Of a stretch of 64,000 bases of DNA, positions 50,600-64,000 are shown piece by piece. A program made the translations under genes and the position numbers. A model generated the notes under the pieces. The model was not told the DNA's origin and did not search any database. It saw nothing but the letters and a program-made list of their open reading frames with translations. This DNA is from Octopus sinensis (lineage: Eukaryota), in assembly GCF_006345805.1 (NCBI RefSeq), contig NC_043010.1, forward strand, positions 52,080,001 through 52,144,000, written 5' to 3'. Each line of letters begins with the position of its first letter. The first letter of the stretch is position 1.

Positions 50600-51806
50600 A
50601 TAAATTTCTCTTCATATAAATTTTGAATTACCTTAGTTGGGGGAATTGGTGCATTATCATCTTGGAAGAAAGCGCTACTATGAGGAAAACAGTATTATAC
50701 TTGAGGATGGAGGATGGACATGATCAGCCAAAGTGCTCTTTGGCATTAACACCATTATGTAGAAATAAAAGACCAAAAAAATTCTGTGAAATGGCTATCC
50801 AAATCATCAAGAGTCATCTCTTTGCTTCATGGTAGCAATCAAATAGTTAGGGTTGAAGACTACTTTGGGCTGTCTCCAGACATAAATTCATCCTAAAGTG
50901 GAAACAAAAGGAAATGCTGATTCATCAGAGAAGATGACGTTGTTCCATTGAGCCATTGACCACTCCTGATAGTCTAGACACCATATTTTGAGCTTAACAA
51001 ACTTGATGAGTGATAGGAATGGTTTATAAAGCTCACAATGAACATTTAACACTTTTGCTACCATAGTACAATGGTTTTTAAGGCACAATACACCTAGGCT
51101 CTCTGTGAGTTTTGCCTTCTGCTAGAATTATGCTTGCTAGTGCTAGTTTTACATTGGTTTTGGAATGCCAACATGATTTTAGTGGAGGCACATGGTCTAG
51201 TGGTTAGAGCAGCAGACTCGCGGTCGTGGGTTCGAATCTCAGGCCGGGTGATGTGTGTGAGTTTATGAGCGAAACACCTAAGCTCCACGCGACTCCGGCA
51301 GAAGGTAATGGCAAACTTCTGCTGACTCTTTCGCCACAACTTTCTCTCACTCTTTCTTCCTGCATCTTGCAGCTCACCTGCGATGGACCGGTGTTCCATC
51401 CAGGTGGGGAACCTATACATCAAGGAAACCGGGAAACCGGCCCTTGTGAACCAGGTGTGGCTCGAGAAGGAACAAGCAAACAACATGATTTTAGAGGCCA
51501 TATTTCTTGATACTTTAAACAATTCACCAGTTTTAGTGAATGAAGTTCCAGCCATCTATGTTCCAACAATTTGTTCCCATTGGAAGTTGGAGAGGTCACA
51601 CTTTTTAAGTTATTTAAATCTATTTGCAACAACAAAAAGAAAAGAAGAAAAGAGAAAACTTTATCATGAAGTATAAGTCATACACAATGCATATGAACAC
51701 ACACACACACACACAGACTAAAAGTAGTTTTTAATTTGCTATTTAGTCAATAGAAAAGATAACTAAATAAAATTTGGTATTTTCATTATTTTGTCCAATC
51801 CTTGTA
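50600..51806 (-). mobile_element. Tc1-like transposon fossil
   Basis: TIR TA-CAAGGATTGGACAAAATAATG at 51806; WSMAQWNNVIFSDES (~50930); FFQDDNAP (~50660). Confidence 0.82.
51182..51480 (+). mobile_element. Family D-related SINE inserted in the Tc1 fossil
   Basis: tRNA-like head; TSD CAACATGATTTTAG at ~51169 and 51481. Confidence 0.85.
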
Positions 51807-51929
51807 TAATATTGTATTTCTTTCTTTTATTTATTTCAGTCTTTAGACTGTGGCCATGCTGGGGCACTGTCTTGAAGAATTTTGATTAAGCGAATCAACC
51901 CCAGTATTTATTTTTTAAAATCCTGGTAC

Positions 51930-52353
51930 GGATAATTTTGGTTTGAACGGCAGTTTTTTTCTAGCGGTGTCATATGAAATTGTTACCCATAATTATGACC
52001 CTAGTATTGATCTATTGCATTTCAATCTGTTTTAGGGTTAGGGTTAGGGTTAAGGGTGGGGGGAAGGGTATCTTTTTTTCTTCAGAAATGTAAATAAACC
52101 CAATCTGTTTCTTAAACAAGGGACATATTTGTACGGCACAGAATGTTTTCCCTTCAATAGACGTCATTGATTGGTTGAAATTGCAGAAATTGAAGAAAAG
52201 AAAAAAACAAATATCTTACAAACTATAGAATTTTCTCAATAAAGCCAAGAGAAAAGATGTTTTATAAACACATTCTACCAGTATACGAAGTTTAAAAGTG
52301 TTTAGTTACATAGAAATTATTTTAAAAAACTGCCGGTCAAACGGAAAAGATCC
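51930..52353. mobile_element. GG-terminated MITE (Merlin-like) with TTAGGG tract, inserted in a family A SINE
   Basis: GGAT...GATCC ends; exact 8-bp TSD CCTGGTAC; (TTAGGG)3 at ~52032-52049. Confidence 0.85.
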
Positions 52354-52909
52354 CCTGGTACTTCTTGTATCAATCTCTTTTGCTGAACAGCAATGTCATG
52401 GGATGTAAACAAACTAATACCAGTTGTCAAGCTGTGGTGGGGGACAAACCACAGACACAAAGACACACACACACACACACATACATACATATATGCAAAT
52501 ATACACAAGGGGATTCTTTCAGTTTCCATCTACCAAAACCCAGACACAAGGCTTACCCAGAACAATGTAGTGGAGAAGCAAACTTCTTACTACACAGCTG
52601 TATGCATTTACAATACACATACATACATGCATCCATACAAACACACATATTTTGTGGGAGTAACTATTATAAATTAATTTATTCATTAAATATACACACA
52701 CACATATATATATATGTGTGTGTGTGTGTGCACATTATGTCTAACAAAATATATTTTGTTGGAATAACAATGGATTAAATGCTTATTAATTATAAATACA
52801 CAAACACATATATGTATATATATATATACACACATTTAGTATATAAATATATATGCATACATATATGTATGTATAAACATACACACATATATATATATAT
52901 ATATAAAAC

Positions 52910-52964
<55 letters not shown>

Positions 52965-53859
52965 TATATATATATATATACATAAATAAAGGCAAATCTA
53001 TAAAAATATATTTGTATGTATGTATATTTATATATATACGCGCACAGAAAAAAAGCGATACTAAGTTTCCGGATGTTGCCGTATTGCAAAACAATTTTAT
53101 TCGATCTCTTGTATTAAGTTTTACGACAATGTACGTCAAATAAATTGAACAGCTGCTGTTCTATTTATATACGTCACTCCCCACTTTTCCGTTTTAATTA
53201 TAAAAAAAAAACGAAAATAGCCAAACAATAAATGGAAAACTCATTAATTTTCATGGACTATTAAAAAAAAAAATTATAATAGAATCTAAGTAAAATAAAA
53301 AAGGATTTCAGAAATTTCGAAGTGTTGTTTGAGAATTAAAAACAAGAATGTGAAAATTTTCGCTCAATATTTCTAGCCATTTAAACAGGCGTGCGTATGA
53401 ATTTATTTTATATAAGTGTATGTATAAGCGTGCGCATACATTTATATCACCAATTTTTTTACGATGTATTATTTATATTTTCCCCCTTTGTCTTACAGAA
53501 AATTGAAATAAAATTATAACTAAAGAAATAAATGGGAAAAAGTTACGTTGTATGAAAACTTCAGGCTTGTTTTTTCTTGTGTATGTTATTCCAAATTATA
53601 TTTTCTTTGAAGAGTGATTTTTTTTTTTGGCAAAATTCTTTAAACACACACACACAGACACACACATACATACATATTAACAATTTTTTTTAGTTTAATT
53701 CGTTAAATGAATGATAGATAATGAAATGAAGAAATTTAACTAAAAAACCAAACTAGTCACTATTTCGTGAACGTACTGTTTCATCGTTTATATATGTTTA
53801 TATATATATATATATATGAAGTGTGTATTGCGCTTTTTCTTTCGTTCCGTGATTCAACA

Positions 53860-54011
53860 CGTTTCAGCGAAAAGTGGGAGGGTGCTCATTAAAGAGAATA
53901 GTAAAAGCCAACGCATGGGCCATTACAAGGTTCCCCCCGTTGTTTGTTTTCTGTTGGTTGCTGTGTATTCAAGTTCAATGGCGTTTTAGTAAGCAGAAAG
54001 CATAGGTAAGC
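53860..54011 (+). promoter_or_regulatory. Candidate TSS / non-coding first exon of a plus-strand gene
   Basis: TE-free, CpG-retaining context; AATGGCG (YY1-like) at ~53977; strong donor TAG|GTAAGC after 54005. Confidence 0.4.
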
Positions 54012-56664
54012 ACGTTTTTATAGTTATTTTAGCACGATTAAATTTCCAACATTAATTTTATTTTATAACATGTGCAAATATCAATGTTTGTTATCTACTT
54101 TTTAATAAACTGCGAGTTTTTTTTAGACTTGTTTCGTATCGAATTTTTTCCGTTTTCAGCTTTGAAAAAGCAACTAAATAAAATGAAAAGAAAACCTTAA
54201 AAAAAAAAGTACCAAATAGAAAAAAAGTATAAAAAAATGATACCCTCTTATTTGGTAGGTAGAATTCTAGTTTTCTTCGAAAATCGTTTCACTAGTGATT
54301 ATTAGAAGAAAGAAATAGTTAGAAAGAAAGCTGGATTGTAAAAGCGGTCTAGTTTAGATACACTACCCACTATTTGCTTTATTTTATTTTACAAGAAAAC
54401 GGCAGAAAAGAAAAGAAAGAAAAAGCACTTTCCGATAGCTAAAACATTGAAAACCACAACCGTTTTCTACTTTCTAGAAAGATGGAAAAGAAAAATAGCA
54501 AAACACTTTTTACTTTGTTTTATTTCATAAATAAAGAGACTACTAAAAATGTATTTAACAAGAAATAAGTTAAAAGCGAGGCAAAACGCTGAGCTTTATT
54601 TCAAAGTAGAGAAACGTTTCTTATAAATAATTAAAATTATAATAAAATAAAACTATTCGGAGAAACAGAAAGTGAAGAAAGGTTGTTGTTTTTTTTTGTT
54701 CTTTTCGATCAGGTAAATCCGATCATATGTTAATATAGCTAATCGTAGAAAAAGTAAAAGTATTTAAGGTTGATTATTTCTCAGGAAGAAGTAACGCACT
54801 AGGAAGAAATTAAAAGCAAAGGGAAAAAAAAGTTAAAATCTCTCAAAAAAGAAATTTTCTTTTTTTTTCTCGTCTTTTGTCGCTTTTATTGTTATCACTT
54901 TTTCTTAGCGGTTATGAAAAGATGAGCTATTTTTTAATGATATTGAGAGACAAAGAGGGATAGACTATATAAAAAAAATAATGAATGTAAATTAGGTTCA
55001 CACCTGATAATTGTTGAAGTTAAAAAAAAAATCTTTCTTTTGGCAGTAATCGACCTTTGCTTTTTATCGCCGGTCACATTTTTACTTTCAGTCAGGGAAA
55101 GCTTTTTTTATATTTTTATTATTATTCCTTCGAATAGAAAGGTGCGGGTTGAATTGAAGAAAAATAATTTTTTTTCGCTCGCTTACTTTTCATTTCAACA
55201 TATTCTGTTTTTTGTGTTTTTTTTTAGAAATCCTTTTCCCGATTGTCATCTTTTATGTCTTTTCATTACTTGCTTTTATTATTTTTTTTTTATGAGGATA
55301 TAGATGGGTTCTTTTAATTTTTATTGTTTTCCGTTTACTACTACCAATAATAATAATAATGATTATGATGATACTAATAATAATAAACTTTTACTTCTGC
55401 AAGGAAAGCTTACGAAAATAATTGTTCAGTTTAATTCAATTTATAATATAGGTATGTGACAATTTTGAATATTGAATATTTTAAAATTAGGATCTATGTG
55501 TATACTTTTATCTTGCAATTAAAATTTATATTAGGTTATTTTTTATAAATGGAATTTAAAATTTTAAAATTAAATTTTCATTTTTTTATAAATGAAATCT
55601 GATTTTTTTTTATATATGAAATTTTAAAAAAATTCCCTATTTTGGTAAAGAAAACATTTATTCAGGGCACTTTCATAAATTAGAGAACTACGCTTATCTG
55701 TATATACACATATGAGTGTTTGGTGAGGTTTTCATTAACTTTTCGTATACGTATATGTATGTATATATATGTATATATTATTATTTAAAAGAGAAAGTCG
55801 GTGGGTGAGGTGGGGGGGGAGAATGTTAGAATTGTTAATGTCTCTTGTGCGTAACATCCAAGATGTTACAAGGATTTCGAGAACGAGGCGAAGTGAAAGG
55901 GAAGCAGAAGGAAAGTGAGTTGGATGAAGAATGGAAATAGGGAGGAGAGAGAAAGAAAAAAAAATCCTGCATCACAAGAGACAGAAAGGTGGTGGTGGTG
56001 GTGGGAGAACGAAAAGAAAAAAAAAAGAGACAAATGATATAAGATTTGCAGAATGAAGGAGAGAGAGAGCGAGCGAGTACTATTATAAACATAGATAGAT
56101 CATAGTATTCTAGTAGTACCATGCATAATAATTAAAGCGTACATATATACAGTTCAGTTTATTCTTTGTAAAAAGAAACTACAAGACCACTACAGAAGTT
56201 TAAGTCAGGATGTCAGCTGTCAGCTATATTTTACATATCCGTTTTTTTTCTTCTTGTTTGGACTTCAAATTCATTATTAATACGCATAGTGAAGTGTCAT
56301 GCATATATATATATATATGTATATATAAATATATATTGTGCGTGTTCGCGAATTTATCACATTTGATTATAGAGTTTCGTTCTTTTTAAGTGTTTTTCTT
56401 TTCTCTCGCTTTTAGTTTTCAAATTCTAATCTTTCTTTTATATTTTAAGAAGAAGAAACAAAATATTTTGAACGCAACGCCAAGCAAAAAGATACTTCTT
56501 TGTTGATATATATTATATGCATGAAAGCTAACCAGAATTTCTGTCTTTTAAAGCTGTTTATGCCACGAAAAAAAAAAAAAAGTGAAACAGGAAAAAGGGT
56601 GAGGATACTATATATATAAAAACAAAAAAAGGACGAAAGAACGTATAGTTTTATACACACGGTA

Positions 56665-56695
<31 letters not shown>

Positions 56696-58601
56696 CGTTT
56701 GTACTCTCGCTAAGAATTTCTCCTTTTTGCGAGCAGTGGGGGAGGCGGTGAATTTAAAAGTGGACACAAATTATAATAAATTGTTGAGGAACTAAGGAGA
56801 ATATCGAATTAAATCATTTTATATCAGCCATCTCATACTACTACTACTACTACTACTACCATCACCACTACTACTACATCATCATCATCATCATTACTAT
56901 AATGAACTATCATCGCCTATTTAACCAATACTATTATTATATAAATAATATTAAAGCCAGGTTAAGAACACGGTAATTCCATCATCATTATTTTAGTGTG
57001 ATGAGGTTTTCATTCGCGCAGTGGTGAGGGAATGTTTTTTTTTATACCATTTCTCTTTTGCCGTTGTGTGTGTGTGTATATATGTATGTATGTATATATA
57101 TATATATATATATTCCAATTTATTCATTAGTTTTTGATTACGGTGAAATTTTATATCGATCATGGAGTTAGCTTCCCATTTTTTTCTTTCTCTCTCACTG
57201 CATCTCTATCGTACCCCCTAACTCTCTTCGCCTTAACCAGTGTGTGTGTGTGTGTGTCAACTGTCATCGATGTTTGTGTGCGTGTGCTTGCTATTTGTCT
57301 ACTAAAGCTGCAGCCAAGAAAATATATTTTAAACGACTTTCCCCTCCTCACTTTCAACCTACCATCCCCTTTTCCCCCCCTCAGTGCCACTGGTTCGCGC
57401 TGCCATGCTGCTACTACTACTACTACTACTGTTACTGCTGCAGAATTAAAAAAAAAAAAGAAAAGAAAAAAAAGCTTTTAATAAAAGGAAAAAAAAAAGA
57501 TGTAGAGAAACGAGTCGGGCGCAGACGCGCGCGCATCCACACGTATCATGCACATACATAGAACCGCACGCGCGCTCATACACACACACAGACTCCTCTC
57601 CCCCCTCCCCTTTGATCCATATTTCAATTGCGTGTTTAGGGATGGTGTGAGTATATATATGCATATGCATGCGTATGTATGTGTGTATAAACGATATATT
57701 TATATATATATATATATTTATACAATGTGCGCATGTGACAGTAAAAAAAAAAACTCTGTTTATAATAAAATTGTGTTGTAATTGTGTGTATTTGCTTTTT
57801 CTATTCTTACTTTCTATATAGTTTTATAAGCCAAGTAATTAGCGAAAATTACAAATACTGTTTCTCCTCCCTCTATTTTTTCGTATTCGAAGTCGAGGCA
57901 TTGGTATATCGCTCACACACACACACATACAAGAGAATGCCTGCACATATTATAGGCACTTGTTCCTGCATTTGCATAGCTATACATGCACAAATGCATG
58001 TCTTTATGAATGCTTACATATACACGCATACATTTTGGCGTTATATCCGCACACACAGCTATTCTGAGACTGCCAACAGCTAATATTTCATTAGCTCGAG
58101 TCTTACTCTTTAAAACGCATTTAGCGTTTTAACGCGTGCAAGTCACATTCCGAAAGATATATAAAACTATAATGACGTGCAGACTTATCTAAATAAATAA
58201 CGAAATCTAGTTCGAATGGTTGAAAAGATAATAAAATAAAAAAGAGGGGAGGAAAATATTAAAATAAAAAAGGCGAAAAAGGAGGATTTTTTTCTTTCTT
58301 TCATTCTTTCTTTTCGACATTTCATAGAGGAGTATTGTTGATTGCTAAGGAGAATTCTATCAACTTTGGTCTCAACCATAAATTCGGACTTGGGTCGGAA
58401 GGCCACAGGGTGGGAAGATTAGAATCACTGTCTGTCTGACAGTCGCTACTGCAGCAGCAGGAGAAACAATAGTAATTGCTACAATAGTAGTGTTTTGGTT
58501 GTTTGGAACTGTTTTTCTTCTTGCTATTGTTGTTATTGTAGTTGGCAATAGCTAACTAATAGCAAAAGTGTCAAAGAGAGTGGAGGAGAGGCCAAATCCC
58601 G

Positions 58602-58615
58602 ATGTTGAGTGGCAG
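58602..58615 (+). CDS. Candidate first coding segment (MLSG[R/S]) at the end of a putative 5' exon
   Basis: ATGTTGAGTGGCAG|gtatat, downstream of a ~300-nt higher-GC unique stretch. Confidence 0.3.
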
Positions 58616-61484
58616 GTATATTAATATAGCGTGGGTGAATACTTCAACTCTTTAGTTTCGTGTTATTTATTTATTAAGGCGAAGAGAGAGTAGGGAGAGA
58701 ACAAAAAAAAGAGCATTTGCTCCGAGTTGAGGGCGGTTTTGGTGTCAGGGATTTCTCTCATCTTGCGTGCGGCAAAATTTTGGTCTTTCTTTTCAATTTT
58801 ACGTACACACGCATGCGTGTGTTTTCCAATTTATAACTTGCATTCTGCTTCATTTTCTCCTTATTTATTTCCATTCGATGCTCTAGTTTCGAATTAGGAT
58901 AATATTGATGAGGCTGCTGTTGATATTAAGAGGGTCATTTATATTTGTTGATATTAGCAATGACTGGTGGTGACATTATTACTTCAGTCAACAAAGGTCG
59001 GGGCTGCTCATCCAATCCTCATACGGAATGTTAGTAAAAGTTGCGTTAGTTAGGGGTTCAGAGTTCAAATCTTACTTGAAATCGACTGTCATTCATCTTT
59101 CTAAGATCGAAGATAGACGGGCAAGTATATAGAGGTAGAATTAATCAGTTATATTTATTTGCTGAAGACTTAGTACTTTTAATTATCATTTGAGCGTAGT
59201 AGTTCTAGACAAGTCGAGTCCGCAATCCAGTTTCGATTCCACATTGTACTTTTACTCAATTTACGACACTAATGCCCGTGAGAAATGTAACAGTTTCTTA
59301 TTTTTTCTTCTAAAAATCTACGAATTCACTCTAGTGTAAGAAATTATTAATTTACTTTAGTATTGTACTAATTACTGCAGAGGAAGCAATATAATTTTAA
59401 TCAACCCCTAATCTGTTACTATCGCGATTTTATTGCATCCACTCCTGGATGAGTTAAAAAAAAAACCCCAAAAAAACTCGAGTCGGCGCTAGAGGTATTT
59501 AGGTGAATAACATTTGCGGCTCCAAACTTTTTAGATATTTTGAATCAAAGTCTGCTCAGGCAACACGGTATCAGTGCGTCGAGAACATCAGTAAATTATT
59601 TATATGGATTATAAAGTTGACGGAAACGGCATAGCGCCAGACTAAATACTTTGCAACATTTAGTTTCGCGTCTCTACGTTCCGACTTCGAATCTCGTAGT
59701 TTTGAAGTTGCCTTTTATCTCTCCAATGTCAGTGAAATGAACGAAGGTGTCAGTTTAGTTGCATATGACCCTATCCATTAAATTTTTTTTTCTTAACCCA
59801 GCCTTATACTTAAGCAAGAATTCACTATTTCGTCCGTATGGTTCTAAATGTAACAGAAAAAGGACAGGTTCCCATTTTACCCAAGGAGATGTTATAAGAA
59901 ATAGCCAAGTGAATAAAGTGTTGCATTACTAGTTCTTAAAAGTCTTGGGTTCAACTTTGTTCCAGGCATTTCATTGTGTATCAAAGCAGTGTATGTAAGT
60001 TTAACGAAGTGCTAACAAAATTTGTCTTCGAATGATTGGCGCTTTATCCAAGGTGGCTAAAGCAATGCCTTCTGTTTAACACGATGAAACCAGAAATAAG
60101 GACTGGCACTTTTGGGCTGTCATAGCAGCTTTGGGACCATTTAAAATACCATATTATTCACGTGACACTTTTAGCCTACCTCTACAGAAAGTACTTTAAG
60201 ACTGCGGGCGTTATCATTTCGTCACGATAATATTAACGATCATGATAGTAGAAAAAAAAATGTTCATTTGCCACCAGGGTGACTGATGCAGCGAACATTA
60301 CAAGATTGAATCGACCAGTACATGACTGGTATTTTTTTACTTCATCGATCGCAGAAGAAATTAAGACAGTCGGTCAATCCCGATGGTATTTTAAATGTAA
60401 CGGGGCGTAAAAACTAAACACAAGTCTTACACTCACACCGTTTCTGCTACCTTCCACACTCTAGCAGCAATAAAAATAATACTTTATCGTCGATATTATC
60501 GATAGCTTTGGTAGTTACCCGTAGTGGATGGATATTAGTATCAGCGATGAAAAATTGTTTACGAAACAATTCCCTTCTCCTATCACCGCTCACCGCCCTT
60601 TTTATGATTGTTGCGATTGTGTGTTTGCTTCTTCGAGTCACACATGTGTTTAGTGTCTGTACTTTTTTACCGTATTCGATATACATTGTGTCCGTGTCGC
60701 GTGTGTGTATGGCTTTTACATTGTTCTTGTATGTGCGTGTTATTGTTTATATATATATATATATATGTATGTATGCATACGTGTGTGTGAGTATATTGTT
60801 TGTTGTGTGCGCGCGCTTTTACTTTCTCTTTCACTCCGCCTGGTTCCGCTGGCGTCTAATGACGTAAAAGACAAACATTTAGGAATGTATCTCGCGTATA
60901 TTTGAAAGTATTTTCTTGTGTGTGTATGTATGTGTGTTTGTTTGTGAGAGTGTGAGTGAGAGAGAGAGAGAGAGAAAGTGGTGCAGTCTGGTGTTAGACG
61001 TGTAAAAGGGTGTGGAGAGTTAAGACATGCGTTGTAAGTATAAAGCAATGTGATTTGTTTATTATTATTATTAATTTTGGGTAAGTTATTTTCAGCACTT
61101 ACGTATTTCACCGAAGACTGAGTCTTTGAATGAATTTTTTCGCGTCACATTGCCACATTCTTTTGCAATAATAACATCTCTTAAGTTAATTTAATTTCTT
61201 CCCAAGCTGAGCATTTACTTACTACAGTTTGGTTTCGTCGAGTATAAATAAACACTTGTTTTCTTCTTTTAGATATGTGAAAAAGACATTTGCAAATGAG
61301 ACTTGTCAACCAATCAGGTCGGATAAGGAAAATAATTATGTAATAAAACGAGAGCTTTGGTTTATGGGGGAGGTTTGCGAAAGAAAGTGTATAGAACGTA
61401 CTGAACCATGTTTTGGAAATATATATTAACACTTTTCCAAAACAGTTTAATTATATAATTATATAGCTACCTCCCTACACACAC

Positions 61485-61538
<54 letters not shown>

Positions 61539-63709
61539 GTGTGTGTATAGGGAGGTAGCTAATGGTATTTATCATGGGTGGTTTGAGATGCATAAAAAAG
61601 CAGAGAGCAAAAAAAAAAAACAAAAATGAATTTGACCTCACAGTGTCACGGAAAGACAGTAGGAAGGAAGGAAATAAGAAATAAAGGTTATTGTTCCCCC
61701 ATCTCCTTTCTCTCGTTCTCTACCTTCCTCGTTTTTTTTTTTTCTCTTCTCTCCCCCCCCCCAGTGTCTATTACATATTCCATCAATTTTTTTTCTCCTT
61801 CTCTTCACTTCCCTTCTATTGTTATTTCACCACTACTCCCCCACCCCACCCCACCCCCGTCTTCACACTGTGTCGTTTTTTTCTCTTCTGTTGTGGCTAT
61901 AGCTTAGCTAGCTCGGCTGGCTGTGTGTCTAACATGGGTTTTGAGTTAAGGAAATTGGTTAACTCACCCACTTTTTTTTTTTTTTTTTATAGGATTGTGT
62001 GTGTATGTGTGTTTCATGGCAGAAATTCTAAAACGAAATTTCCTAAAGTATATTTGTCCGCCTCTTTCTCCCCCCCTCTCTGTCTCTGTCTGTCTCTCTC
62101 TCTGGTATAAAGTATCTTTCCTCGTCTGTCTGTGTGTGTGTGTGTGTGTGTATCTATGTATTAAAATGTTTCGTGTAAAGAAAAATTAGCTTATCTGCGT
62201 TAAAAAAAGATGCTTTGCTACTCGATTTGACATGCACAGCTCTCAGGGAGCGATACGGGTGCGCAGTAGAAATTGTTTTTGCATCATAAAATACTTTTCT
62301 TTTTTGTATGAAATAGTACAAAATTAGATGTATAATGGATAAGACTAGTTTTGCCGACCAAATGTGAAATTAACAAAAATAAACAGCAAAAAACTATACA
62401 CATATTTTACGCATACGAGTGAAAAAAATTTTCTTTATTAAATCAACAATTGTTGAATAATCGTTAAATTTTTATGTACAAAATGTAAAAGTAACAGCTT
62501 TTATTAGAAAGAATTGTTGAAAACAATTTTCATCTGAAATAGTATGCCATTTAATAATCATAAATGTTAACTGCAGCTGCTTTTAGGCTTTGTAGGCAGA
62601 TCTTAAGGATATACCGGTCTTTAAATCGGGAATATACCAACACTTGCATAATAGCTAATAATAGCGCTTGCTTCAATTATATTGAATGAGAACATAGCTG
62701 CTTCGAGTATAAAGTGCTCGGCTCTGACTTATAATGGTTTATAAGTTCAGTTTTCCCTATTAATATTTGAGTGTAATATCTCTTTTCCAGGTTCATAAAA
62801 TTGCTGTTTGTGAATATCCAAGTTTTGAAGGTTATTATTTGTTTGCAAGGTTTCGTTGAATATTTTTTTTTTTTAACATTTGGTTATCGAAACAGAAATC
62901 TTAAAGATAGCTGTAGTCTCAGTTCACTAACTAATCACTATTGCGTTTAAATATCCTGGAAGATAATTTAATTTGCTGACACCATTAATCATAATCATCT
63001 TCATCATTATACTAGTATATATGTTTAAAATACTAGGATGTAGGTGATCTGTAATTTTTCAGTTTGGCAATAAATGGAACACTAATATAGATGGTGTCTC
63101 TGAATTGTTTAGCTTATAAACAGTGCTATTTTCCCTACACCAACTAATATACAAACTTGTACATTTTAGTTAGTGTTTCTTCAATCACTACAAGTAGAGC
63201 AAAGACTATGCTTTGTTGATGATGTCAGAATAATACTGAAACACATATATTGTCTCCTTTATTTGCTGGAAATGAAAATATTAAGCCATTGCTATTAACT
63301 TCATTTATTTGTCGTTCAAGTTACTTTTTAATGCTTTGTGCATGAAATATATTAAGTTATTGATAATCTGTTTTGTAATATTTGAGTCCTATTGAGTTTA
63401 TGATGGAAAGGAAAGACCCCCCCCCCAACCCAAACAGACGAAACAAGGGGTATCATCATACTTGAAAAAGAAAGCATCATAAAACATATGGTAGGATGAA
63501 AGAGATGTTTATAACAAAGGAAACCAAAGACTGAACCCTGCCACAGCAGGGTTTGGCTGCTTCTTTACAGTATTCTACTCTTTGAGGTTTTTATGTGATC
63601 ATTCCCGTGGACAATTTTACAAACTGTGAAATAAAAACTCTACAGAAACTAAGATAACTGCTTCGGTTGAAAGCAAATAATATAAATTTGTCCTATTGTA
63701 AAAAAAAAA

Positions 63710-63992
63710 GTGAGCTGGCAGAAACGTTAGCACGCCCGGGCGAAATGCTTAGTGGTATTTCGTCTGCGGTTACGTTCTGAGTTCAAATTCTGCTGAGGTT
63801 GACTTTGCCTTTCAGTGTCGATTAAATAAGAACCAGTTGAGCACTTTGATCAATCTAATAGATTTAGGCCTTGTGCCTATAGTAGATTAAATAAGTACCA
63901 GTTATGCACTGGGGTCGATATAATCAGCTTAGTCCGTTTGTCCTTGTTTGTCCCCTCTGTGTGTAGCCCCTTGTGGGCAGTAAAGAAATAAT
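63710..63992 (+). mobile_element. Family B SINE with internal partial duplication
   Basis: GAGCTGGCAGAAACG head; GATTAAATAAG..CCAGTT occurs twice. Confidence 0.85.
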
Positions 63993-64000
63993 AAACTAAG

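Noticed and set aside
61934-61960. ATG GGT TTT GAG... (MGFELRKL) as an alternative first exon
   Set aside because: The following GTTAAC is a poor donor; no other support.

Overview
This is AT-rich, repeat-saturated eukaryotic DNA. The tRNA-derived SINE families, RTE tails ending in (GAT)n, TTAGGG tracts and TA/CA microsatellites suggest a coleoid cephalopod, probably Octopus; that assignment is an inference. Nearly all ORFs in the track are artefacts of repeats. Supported content: four SINE families (dozens of copies), many RTE LINE 3' ends, a fragmented CR1-type LINE, an L1/Tx1-like 3' end, and a decayed Ty3/gypsy gag-protease region with a 21-bp minisatellite that is partly duplicated. There are also mariner and Tc1 fossils, piggyBac-like (TTAA) and hAT-like MITEs, and a GG-terminated MITE family with 8-bp TSDs (Merlin-like) that carries telomeric repeats. 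Several Penelope-type remnants retain hammerhead-ribozyme-like cores. Host-gene evidence is limited to a few candidate small exons: a minus-strand gene (about 34.4 kb to 6.9 kb to 1.4 kb) and possible first exons of a plus-strand gene in a TE-poor, CpG-retaining domain at 53-63 kb. The most unusual signals are the ribozyme-like motifs, an 89-bp perfect fold-back built on an RTE tail, fixed-junction tandem SINE multimers, and repeated local templated duplications and hairpins. All coordinates were read by eye, and repeat boundaries are approximate.
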